Source: Octopus sinensis | Taxonomy: Eukaryota | Assembly: GCF_006345805.1 (NCBI RefSeq) | Contig: NC_043007.1 | Span: 33,356,001 to 33,420,000 of the forward strand | DNA: 64,000 bases | Direction: 5' to 3' | In this document: positions 53,681-64,000 of the stretch, one piece after another | Numbering within the stretch: the first letter of the stretch is position 1 | How the letters are laid out: every line of letters begins with the position of its first letter | The notes under the pieces: model-generated | What the model was told of the DNA's origin: nothing | The model's input: only the letters and a program-made list of their open reading frames with translations | The model's database searches: none | Translations under genes and position numbers: made by a program

Positions 53681-53925
53681 TAGAAAAAAAACCCACATTT
53701 TATCAATTCAATAATGAAAAATTAAATTACACCTAGAAAATTACATATTATAGAAAGATTAAATATAAGATAAAAAATATAACGATGATTAATACGTTTT
53801 ATTTATTATTTTGCACATTACTTAATCATCGTTATATTTTTTATCTTATATGTAATTTTCTAGATGGTGTAATTTAATTTTTCATTATTGAATTGATAAA
53901 AGGTGGCTTTTTTTCTGATTCATAT
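53577..53925. mobile_element. AT-rich fold-back remnant between (TA)n tracts; left part resembles the PLE terminal tail
   Basis: Perfect inverted segments of 36, 14 and 29 bp around a 29-nt loop (53793-53821). 53579-53640 resembles the reverse complement of 63005-63060. Confidence 0.6.
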
Positions 53926-54444
53926 ATATATATACAATGGTTCTAGAACAGCTATCTACTACATAATTGCCCCCCCATAATTCTTCCTTGAACATTTGCC
54001 CCCACACAACAACTATCCTTGGTATCCTCTTGGATAATTTTATCCCTTTTAAAATGAAATTAAGAAAAGGCTTAGCTGTAAGGTGCAAATATATATCAAT
54101 AAAGCTGGTTTTGTTATCTTTTTATCTATTATCTAGCAAGAAGAATGTATTAATATTTGTATTCTTATATTATATTATTATAATTATGCCCCCAAAATAA
54201 GCAAACTGTGGTCTCTATACAAATGCAATCATTAATAATTATAATTAATAATTGCATTATTACAATAAAAGGATTATTACTATAATTAGTAATTATTAAT
54301 GTTTACTTGCACCCTCATAATTGGGGAAAGTATCCAGGAGGCATCTGTCAAGAAGACGTTGTCAAGAGTTGTGTATAGTGGAGGGGATAAGCATTGGTCC
54401 TGATATCAAACAAAGATGTTGTCCAATCTATCCTTCATTTATAT

Positions 54445-54837
54445 ATTTACTCTTTTACTTGTTTCAGTCATTTGACTGTGGTCATGCTGGAGCACCGCCT
54501 TTAGTCGAGCAAATCGACACCAGGATTTACTTTTTGTAAGCCTAGTACTTATTCTATTAGTCTCTTTTGTCGAACTGCTAAGTTACAGGAACGTAAACAC
54601 ACCAGCATCAGTTGTCAAGTGGTGTTGGGGGGACAAACAGACACACACACATACATATATATATATACATATATACGATGGGCTTCTTTCAGTTTCCATC
54701 TACCAAATCCACTCACAAGGCTTTGGTCGGCCCAAAGCTATAGTAGAAGACACTTGCCCAAGATATCATGCAGTGGGACTGAACCTGGAACCATGTGGTT
54801 GGTAAGCAAGCTCACTTACCACACAGCTGCTCCTATG
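54445..54837 (-). mobile_element. SINE family B
   Basis: Full-length reverse copy. Confidence 0.85.
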
Positions 54838-55346
54838 CCTTTTTATTTTAGTGTGTGTGATTTGAAAGTAATTCAATTGTTATTTCTAGCTTGATGAGTG
54901 ACCATGTAAAGTGTTGCATACACAACAAAACGTAAATTCTACAGTGACAATGTTTCTCATTTAGATAGTCTTTGATTGTATTCTATGAGCAGCTTTTTTA
55001 TAATTTAAAGAAAATCATTGTTATTTTCATTGTCAGTCATGTTTTGCATCTGCTTTTCCACACTGACATGGGTTAGGTGGGTCATTGCAGACCACTTGTT
55101 TTATGAAATTACTGTCTGCCAAAATGGAAAGGGGATCACATCTCACATGGTACATTTTCGACATTGTTTTTCTGGTGGGCTGCTTTTCCTATGACCAATC
55201 CCTTGGCAGAGCATAGTGGATACTCTTTATCAGGTCATTAGAACTAAAGAAGTTGTCATGTTCCTAGCAAGACGACAAATCCTCTCTCTACCTTGTGTTG
55301 CTTTCGTCCACTAGCTAACGACTTTACAGAGAGCATAGCAGGTGTA

Positions 55347-56759
55347 CTTGCCTTTCATCCTTCCGGGGTCGATAAATTAAGTACTAGTTACACACTGGGC
55401 TCGATGTAATCGACTTAATCCGTTTGTCTGTCCTTGTTTGTCCCCTCTGTGTTTAGCCCCTTGTGGGTAGTAAAGAACAACACCACCACTTGCCTTTCAT
55501 CCTTTCGGGGTCGATAAATTAAGTACTAGTTACGCACTGGGGTCAATGTAATCGACTTAATCCGTTTGTCTGTCCTTGTTTGTCCCCTCTGTGTTTAGCC
55601 CCTTGTGGGTAGTAAAGAACAACACCACCACTTGCCTTTCATCCTTTCAGGGTCGATAAATTAAGTACTAGTTATGCACTGTGGTCGATGTAATCGACTT
55701 AATCCGTTTGTCTGTCCTTGTTTGTCCCCTCTGTGTTAGCCCCTTGTGGGTAGTAAAGAACAACACCACCACTTGCCTTTCATCCTTTCAGGGTCGATAA
55801 ATTAAGTACTAGTTATGCACTGTGGTCGATGTAATCGACTTAATCCGTTTGTCTGTCCTTGTTTGTCCCCTCTGTGTTTAGCCCCTTGTGGGTAGTAAAG
55901 AACAACACCACCACTTGCTTTTCATCCTTTCAGGGTCGATAAATTAAGTACTAGTTACACACTGGGCTCGATGTAATCGACTTAATCCGTTTGTCTGTCC
56001 TTGTTTGTCCCCTCTGTGTTTAGCCCCTTGTGGGTAGTAAAGAACAACACCACCACTTGCTTTTCATCCTTTCAGGGTCGATAAATTAAGTACTAGTTAC
56101 ACACTGGGCTCGATGTAATCGACTTAATCCGTTTGTCTGTCCTTGTTTGTCCCCTCTGTGTTTAGCCCCTTGTGGGTAGTAAAGAACAACACCACCACTT
56201 GCCTTTCATCCTTTCGGGGTCGATAAATTAAGTACTAGTTACGCACTGGGGTCGATGTAATCGACTTAATCCGTTTGTCTGTCCTTGTTTGTCCCCTCTG
56301 TGTTTAGCCCCTTGTGGGTAGTAAAGAACAACACCACCACTTGCCTTTCATCCTTTCAGGGTCGATAAATTAAGTACTAGTTATGCACTGTGGTCGATGT
56401 AATCGACTTAATCCGTTTGTCTGTCCTTGTTTGTCCCCTCTGTGTTTAGCCCCTTGTGGGTAGTAAAGAACAACACCACCACTTGCTTTTCATCCTTTCA
56501 GGGTCGATAAATTAAGTACTAGTTACACACTGGGCTCGATGTAATCGACTTAATCCGTTTATCTGTCTTTGTTTGTCCCCTCTGTGTTTAGCCCCTTGTG
56601 GGTAGTAAAGAACAACACCATCACTTGCCTTTCATCCTTTCAGGGTCGATAAATTAAGTACTAGTTATGCACTGGGGTCGATGTAATCGACTTAATCCAT
56701 TTGTCTGTCCTTGTTTGTCCCCTTGGTGTTTAGCCCCTTGTGGGTAATAAAGAAATAGG
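55347..56759 (+). repeat. Tandem satellite: 10 copies of a 142-bp unit derived from the 3' half of SINE family A
   Basis: Unit starts at 55347, 55489, 55631, 55772, 55914, 56056, 56198, 56340, 56482 and 56624; linker CAACACCACCA. Confidence 0.97.
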
Positions 56760-57639
56760 TGTACATTATCATGGCACCAGCACTAGATAAGTTGTTGTGT
56801 CTCCAGCAAGACTAAACAGCACACACCCACACATACTCTCTTTTCCCTTCTTTTTCCCTCTCTCTCTCTCTCTAATGTTGTCTCTGTTCATTCATTCATT
56901 CATTCACTGGCACCAGACAACTTGTCTCATCCCTGACGAGATAAAAGAGAAGACCACCACCACCACCCCCTACACACACAAACACCTATCTTCCCTGTGT
57001 TGTCACCGTACAATGTTTGGCTGGTTTCTACATCACTGCAGTTGATGACAGAATGATAAAAGGTAACACATGTAGAACTCACATAATAAATCACGTAAGT
57101 GCAAACTGAATAAACACAAATTCCACCATCTCGTCTTAAGATGCGCTCTTTTTCACAGAAGCTTCAATGCTTAGGTAACGGATGATACTTGTCTTTTTTC
57201 TTCCTTCTCTTTTCTCTCAGTGTCAACAACCTTTGTATGTATTACATTTCATAACACTTATTTCTCTCTGAGCATCTTCCTCTCAATCCAGCACATTATA
57301 ACCTCCTTCATTCTCTCTATCGTTCATTCTCCACCCACCTCTGTCTTTCTTGCTCTTGCTCTTTCTTTTTGTTATATTATGCTCAATCTGCAATCCAGTA
57401 AATTTTTTTTTCTCTTTTTTCTTCTCTGTCATCTCTTCTTACCACCTCACATTTCCTACAAGACTATGGTTCCAATGTAACAAGTTCTATACAAAAAAAG
57501 GGAAAAAAACCAAAAAAACATGACAAAAGATTATAAGCCTCTATCGCTGGTTATTTCTATGGCATCGCAACTGTCTTGTCGTGGGTGTCAGATATTACCT
57601 GAGGGAAAATTAATTTCTTATCAATTAAAAGCTCTTATG

Positions 57640-57814
57640 TTTTACACACACACACATATACACACAACACAACAGAGACAGATACACTCACTGACATAAA
57701 CAAAGACACACATACAAACATACACACATAGACACAACACACAAAGACATAATAACAGACTTAAGCACATACATACATACATATATACATACATATACAC
57801 ACATACATACATAA

Positions 57815-57845
<31 letters not shown>

Positions 57846-57886
57846 CATACATACATACATACATACATACATAATACATACATACA

Positions 57887-57920
<34 letters not shown>

Positions 57921-57960
57921 CATACATACATACATACATATATACGTATACACATACTGA
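57640..57960. repeat. (TACA)n / (CA)n microsatellite
   Basis: Direct reading. Confidence 0.95.
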
Positions 57961-58321
57961 TGTATATTTTAGTACACTTACAACAATTATTTACAATATT
58001 TAGTAGTAACGGGTTGTACAGTAGCTAAGTGCCACATGTTGGGCCCACCCATGACATTAACCTTTATTAATTAACTTTTAACCAATAACATTTCTATTCC
58101 CCTGCACCCCCGCCATTTTCTATCAATTTAGTTTATTTATTTATTTACTCTTTAACCTATTTTTCCAAAATCAACATCAGTCATTCATTATTCAGCATCA
58201 TCAGTCACCCCCAACCCCACCTCAAGCAACTGCTGCTGTGCAAAGCAAGAGCAGACATACTCTGGCATATATGTATGTATGCATGCATGTATGTATGTAG
58301 GTATGTATGCATATGTGAGTA

Positions 58322-58417
<96 letters not shown>

Positions 58418-58593
58418 CTAATGACTAATTCGTCTTATGTGCTGGGCCATGGTAGTAATCTATGTTATTACCTTTTTTGATTATATATATATATATATAT
58501 AAAATATTATTTGAGACAAACCACTATTTTGCAAAACAAACTAGGAAAGACTTAATCAATACATAAAATTTAATAAATAGTCAAAAAAAACCG

Positions 58594-58636
58594 CCACTAC
58601 AATCGTTTCTTGTCTTGATCGACAATCTTCAGGTGG
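58594..58636 (-). ncRNA. Type I hammerhead ribozyme motif in the PLE 3' terminal repeat (apparently intact)
   Basis: Minus strand reads CCAC-CUGAAGA-UUGUC(GAUCAA)GACAA-GAAA-C(GAUU)G-UA-GUGG: full core, 5-bp stem II, 4-bp stem I and a GUA cleavage triplet. Confidence 0.8.
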
Positions 58637-58783
58637 ACTTCCAATCTAAAAAATCAAATTTTAAAATATAAAAATAATTAAATTTTTAAATAATTAAAGT
58701 ATAAATGAAAAATATAAGTATATAATCCATATATAACCTATATATAATCCATATCGAAAATATAGACTAATTACCACGAATTC

Positions 58784-60353
58784 CCTAAAAAAAACCATGA
58801 TAAAACAAAACTCTTAAAAACATATAACGATAAAATCTCCCTTTACTAAACTCTATAACAAACCTATAAAGTAAACCCCCTAACCTAAACATTCACACAC
58901 AAATACACACACGTAAACCACAGACTCACGACTTATACACATACCTATACTAACTTATAAACCTCAATATACACCAAAACCCACTCCCTCCCCACACAGA
59001 CAAATTAACACATACATCCCAAAACCTAAATAACAAACCCATATACACATTCACACACAAACACACACTCACACGCAAACACTCACACACAAAAGATACA
59101 TATACTCCCTCACATATACGCCTATACATACTCACTAAACTCGACATATACAACAAATTACACACCCACAAAAAACATTATATACATTTATGAGCTTTAA
59201 CTCACCTTAGCATCTCTAACAAACAACTTGCAGTAACCCAATCCCATTCTCTATGCCTACCTCACTACTACACTATTCCATTCACATTCCAAGCAACGCT
59301 AGTCCACCACCCGGTTATTCACGTGGCAAAACGAACACCACTCAAAAATTATGAATGAAACAATGTAAAAAAAAACCAACACCTAAAATAGACAAAATAC
59401 CACAAATTACCTAAAAAAAACCATGATAAACCAAAACTCATAAAAGCATATAACGATAAAATCTCCCTTTGCTAAACCCTATAACAAACTTATATAGCAA
59501 TCCCCCTAACCTAAACATTCACACACAAAAAACCCACACGTAAACCCAGACAGACCCAAGACTTATACACAAACCTATACTAACTTATAAACCTCAATAT
59601 ACACCAAAAACCACTCCCTCCCCACACAGACAAATTAACACATACATCCCAAATCCTAAATAACAAACCCAAATACACATTCACACACAAACACACACAC
59701 ACGCAAAACACACAACACAAACAGATACATATGCTCCCTCACATATACGCATATACATACTCACTAAACTCGATATATACAAAATATTTACACCCACACT
59801 CATACAGATAAATAAAATAATATACAATAAAAACTCACAACCAATCTCATATACATAAACACTCTTATGAAAACAACAATAAATACATCGTAATTAACCA
59901 GAATATCAAAAATAACATTATGACATAAGGATAAATCAAATACATACTTACAATTCAGTTACAAATTATGAAGTGAAATTAGATTCTTAGCCGTTAAAAA
60001 ACCAAACAAAATTACGTTACCATGGAAATAACTAATGTAAAAAGAAGAAAAAAAAAAAAAAAAAAAAAGAATACGCGCCATAGAAAGTAAACGTCATTCA
60101 TAGTATGAATGGAGAAATATAATAAATGGAACTAAAAACTATTTCCACGTAGCAAACCAACGCTACTTAAAAAAATTTATTATGAATGGATTCTTTAAAA
60201 ACTATCATGAAAAATCAATTATATACATTTATGAGCTTTAGCTCACCCTAGTAACTCTAACAAACAACTTACAGTAACCCATACTCAATGCCTACCTCAT
60301 TACCACCCTAATCCATTCACAATTCCAAACAACACTAGTCCACCACCCGGTTA
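58784..60353. repeat. Diverged direct repeats inside the PLE 3' region (626-bp period block and a second block)
   Basis: 58784-59170 resembles 59410-59800; 59177-59317 resembles 60218-60353. Confidence 0.85.
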
Positions 60354-61552
60354 CAATTCCCAACTCTACCCATTCATTCACAATTTCAACGACGTTCCCT
60401 TCAACAACTCTAAATATAAGCCTCAACATATACACCGGAGATACACTTACACATCCGTGCGGATGGGTGAGAGTATACATTAAGTGTAGTGATGGGGCTC
60501 CCATTTCTAAACACATTTGTACCTGTGTGGTAGTCTCCATGTGTATATTCACGCACGGGTATAAATACAGGGGGTACACGCTCACTTCATTTACGTGTAC
60601 CCCTCATATGTACATATGCATACTATTTTGGCTCGATATATGCAACAATGTAATCGCGCCCGTATGTGTGAGCATTCACTGGTTGTGCAATCACCCATCT
60701 GGGTGTGATTGTGTGTAAACTTATCACTGTGGAGGTCGAGCTTGATACGTATATATTAGTGTATTAGGGGTTGTACGTACTAATTATGTTCATGTGCTTC
60801 ACGCACTTGCGTCCATGTATGGAAGAAATATTGGGATTACTATGTAGGTGTAAATAGGGTATGGGGGAGTTTTGTCATTGTATGGGTGTGGGTTTCATTT
60901 GTGATGGTGGTTAGTTGGTGATTATTAGTATGTTCTGTATATTAGGGCTAGTATGTATTATTCAAGTGTGTATAATGTATACATATAATTGGTGTGAATG
61001 GGATTACTCCCATTTTAATTTTTTTTTTTTTTTATTTTTTTTTTATTATATTTAGGGGATGTATGTGTTTATTTATCCATGTGGGGCTGGAGTGGCCGTT
61101 AGGTGCATATGCTGAGGCTCACATGCAAACCCAAGTACAACGAATGAAGTGGGCACTTATAATTGTTATGGGTGTGTACTTTATTATAAAAGACAATACC
61201 CAAATAAAATCTGTCAATTCAACATACAAATAAAAAACAAAAAAAAAGGGATCTTAAACATTCACACATACATACAAAACTCAATAAAAACACCACTAAA
61301 TAACACCCAAAAACATATAAATATATCCTCAAAATACATATAACAAATGCAAAATAAAAATACATAATAAAATAAAATAAATAAAAATAAAAATAAAAAA
61401 ATCTAATATAAATTATTAAAGTTTTAACGTACCATAAACTGCTAAATTAATATACATTAAAAATGAACTAATTAAAACAAAGAAATATCAATAAAGACTA
61501 ACTATAATTAAATCCTAGACAACATAACCAAAAATATATCATCTAAACTAAT

Positions 61553-62835
61553 TTAAACTAAACTAAAATAACCTAAAAGGGAACTATTATTGCTATTATC
61601 ATGAAACTTATTATATAAGTAAAGTAACTTGTGTCTACATTTTATTTTGCGCTCCTCCCCAGTATTAAGTAAATTATCATACTTATAAAATAAAATTTCT
61701 TTAAACTCATTAGAGCATAAATAACAACAATTAGCTCCTATATTATATGATTTAGTTTTACAAATTATTTCCCATATTAAACTATAATTAATATTTAGTG
61801 ATTTAAGACTCCAAATATACTTACTAAGTCCGGTTGAGTTGATTAAGTTTTTATTTTTTAAAAGAATTCATATGTTGTGCAATTCTTAGTTTTATTTTAG
61901 AGGAAGTAGAACCTATATAAACCGCTTTTGTGTAATTATTATTCTTAAAGTTATTATCATGTAATGTAACTATACATTTATACACTACATCGTTAATATC
62001 ACAATATTATTTAATATACAATTAGATTTATCTCTACATGTACAATTAATATAAGTCTTATCATTATTAATATTATTATCAAATAATTTCTTTTTATAAA
62101 AATTATTCAGTTTATATTTATTAAATGAAGAAATAATGTTACCAACATTATTAGTGGTAGAGTAACCAACTCCAAAATTATAAAAGAGAAAATGTTTCTA
62201 TATTTACGATTATCTCTAATAAATAGTTCTATAACATCTAAAATCTCTTAATAATATTCGTTTTAACTTGATCTCCATAAGGAACTATTAACCAATTTTA
62301 TTCTTATTAACCTTATTATTATTATCATTATTATAAATATATTTATAATTCTTTATTTTATTAAAATTATTATCAGAATTATATCTATGTACAGCATTTA
62401 AGGAATTATTAATATTATTAAATTTATCAATATAATATTATAATAATTATTAAATTTATTTTTATTTATATTATTCTTATTTATATTATTATTATTATAT
62501 TTATTATTATTATTATTATTCTTATTTATATTTTTATCATTTTTATTATTTTTTTTTATAATATCTATTATTTTTACCACTAAACGTAACAAAATTATAA
62601 TTATATTAGAAGTATCTCGAAAATTATCATTTAATCATTATCGCTAATATTATAAAATTTAATATTCTTATTATAACCTGCCCCTCTAAGGGCCTCATTA
62701 TAATAATTAGCATGTTTATTAAAAATCTCTATATCATAAGAGAGTAATGAAATACGTTTACTTATATTATTAATCAACGATTTTTTAATAGAAAATGGGT
62801 GATTACTATTAACATTTATATATCTAAGGTTCGAT
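61553..62835 (-). pseudogene. Frameshifted PLE ORF: RT thumb, Asn-rich linker, Cys motif and GIY-YIG endonuclease
   Basis: Motifs in order: KKSNLRYINVNSNHPFSIKKSLINNISKRIS...EALRGAGY (ORF 62631-62873); NWLIVPYGDQVKTNIIKRF (W at 62292-62294); GYSTTNNVGNIISSFNK; CTCRDKSNC (62033-62044 = CTCR); DVVYKCIV; YIGSTSSKIKLRIAQHMNSF (YIG 61911-61919); STGLSKYIWSLK; WEII; CYLCSNE; LLNTGEE..KCRH (CRH 61631-61639); stop at 61553-61555. About five 1-nt frameshifts are needed to join them. Confidence 0.9.
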
Positions 62836-62851
62836 TTTTTAGATTGGAAGT

Positions 62852-62895
62852 CCACCTGAAGATTGTCGATCAAGACAAGAAAAAGATTGTAGTGG
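62852..62895 (+). ncRNA. Second hammerhead copy in the inverted pLTR, with stem III damaged
   Basis: CCAC-CTGAAGA-TTGTC GATCAA GACAA-GAAAAA-GATTG-TA-GTGG. It has AA where the other copy has the C15.2 that pairs in stem III. Confidence 0.65.
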
Positions 62896-63068
62896 CGGTT
62901 TTTTTGACTATTATTAAATTTTATGTATTGATTAAGTCTTTCCTAGTTGTTTGCAAAATAGTGGTTTTGTCTCAAATAATATTTTATAATATTTTACTAT
63001 AAAATTGGATTTAATCCTAAATCTGATTTTTTTCCCTGTAAATTGGATATATTCCCTAATATTTATTA

Positions 63069-63114
<46 letters not shown>

Positions 63115-63147
63115 GAGAGAGAGAGAGAGAGCGAGAGAGAGGGGGAG

Positions 63148-63178
<31 letters not shown>

Positions 63179-63704
63179 CAGAGACGCACACAGACACATT
63201 TTGAAGACGAACAGATTCTGAAACATCATAATTAACTCTTAGGGTCACACTTAGCCACAAGCTAATAATTCTAGAGTTGAACTTTTCCTGTCTTGTGTGT
63301 GTGTGTGCGTGTGTGCGGTGTGTGTGTGTTTACTTTTAGTGGGTTTTATGTCTTTTTGTTCTGTCTTACAATTTCTTTCCCTTTTCTCTCTCTCTGTCTT
63401 CCTCTCTATATGTATGTATGTATGTTACTGCCCGGGTATCAAAAGTACAGTGATATTCATTTGGCAGCTGATGAAAGGAATAAATATTCATTATTCTTGT
63501 TTACAAAATTTCTCTGTTTTAGTTTCATTATTCTGAGTTGTGCATCCATCTAGTAAAGTAGGGAGTGTTTGTGGATTCATGACTTGTGAAGATTACTTAT
63601 AATGACATCGGTTGTTTTTCTTCATATATAATCCTATTAAGTTTAGATTACACTTAGATGTTGATGTCTAGGTTTGAGAGGTTCTGTGGCATATATATAT
63701 ATAT

Positions 63705-63871
63705 ACATACTCATGAAGTGGTTGGCGTTAGAAAGGGCATCCAGCCGTAGAAACACTGCCAGATTTGACTGGGCCTGATGAAGCCTTCTGGCTTCACAGA
63801 CCCCAGTAGAACCGTCCAACCCATGCTAGCATGGAAAACGGACGCTAAACGATGATGATGATGATGATGAT
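63705..63871 (+). mobile_element. Family C retroposon, 3' body only
   Basis: Body plus (GAT)n tail. Confidence 0.75.
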
Positions 63872-64000
63872 ACTTACATATGAACACACACGCCCACACA
63901 CACACACACATTTTTACGAGTATCTGAAGGTACATGGCTAAGTGGTTAGGGTATTTGGCTCACACTGTATGGTTGTGAGTTCAATTCCCAGTGATGTGTT

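Larger units (their letters stand above)
58501..63069 (-). mobile_element. 5'-truncated Penelope-like retroelement (C-terminal GIY-YIG type) with inverted terminal pLTR copies, flanked by (TA)n on both sides
   Basis: Manual minus-strand translation gives the PLE RT thumb, linker and GIY-YIG motifs. 58501-58655 is an inverted repeat of about 62833-62995. (TA)n tracts lie at both ends. Confidence 0.9.

Noticed and set aside
55347-56759. CRISPR-like regular array
   Set aside because: Units are near-identical end to end with no unique spacers and no cas genes; the unit is a SINE fragment in eukaryotic DNA.
57083-57105. Minus-strand 23-bp microexon with strong splice signals
   Set aside because: Chance matches of this size are common; a similar 16-nt plus-strand match lies about 60 bp away.
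58875-58890. Telomere-like TTAGG/TTAGGG on the PLE sense strand
   Set aside because: Only one or two units within G/T-skewed sequence, as expected by chance.
58660-62630. Mitochondrial insertion (NUMT) suggested by AT richness and strand skew
   Set aside because: I found no recognisable mitochondrial gene or rRNA motifs, and 61553-62835 translates as a PLE linker and GIY-YIG. A BLAST of 58660-61550 would settle the remainder.
62836-62873. N-terminus MIDNLQVDFQ of ORF 62631-62873 as a real start
   Set aside because: It is read through from the inverted terminal repeat; RT homology starts only at about 62835.
63199-63235. Hammerhead-like TTGAAGA-CGAA CAGA TTC-TGAAAC-ATC
   Set aside because: Core C3 is missing, stem III is unpaired and stem I is unconvincing; at best a decayed relic.

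Overview
Eukaryotic, AT-rich, repeat-saturated DNA with no prokaryotic features. The SINE families resemble those I know from Octopus genomes, so a cephalopod intronic or intergenic locus is inferred but not proven. Most of the window is microsatellites and dozens of copies of four interspersed families, which I label A, B, C and D. Almost all ORFs in the track are by-products of these repeats. Real protein homology is seen only in decayed transposons: a 5'-truncated Penelope-like element (PLE; RT thumb plus GIY-YIG endonuclease, minus strand, about 58.5-63.07 kb), a 5'-truncated R4/Dong-type LINE inside a (TAA)n tract, a Tc1 transposase N-terminus and an internally deleted maT/DD37D-type mariner. 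The most notable signal is RNA structure. The PLE's inverted terminal repeats carry a type I hammerhead ribozyme motif. Four ~200-bp (TA)n-anchored elements carry minimal hammerhead-like motifs, with the predicted cleavage site 94-103 nt from the (TA)n junction in every case. Other structures include a 10-copy 142-bp satellite derived from a SINE, a 162-bp tandem repeat with perfect hairpins, a 124-bp perfect palindrome, several fold-back elements and a 1.35-kb tandem duplication. A few plus-strand exon candidates of an unidentified host gene are low confidence.
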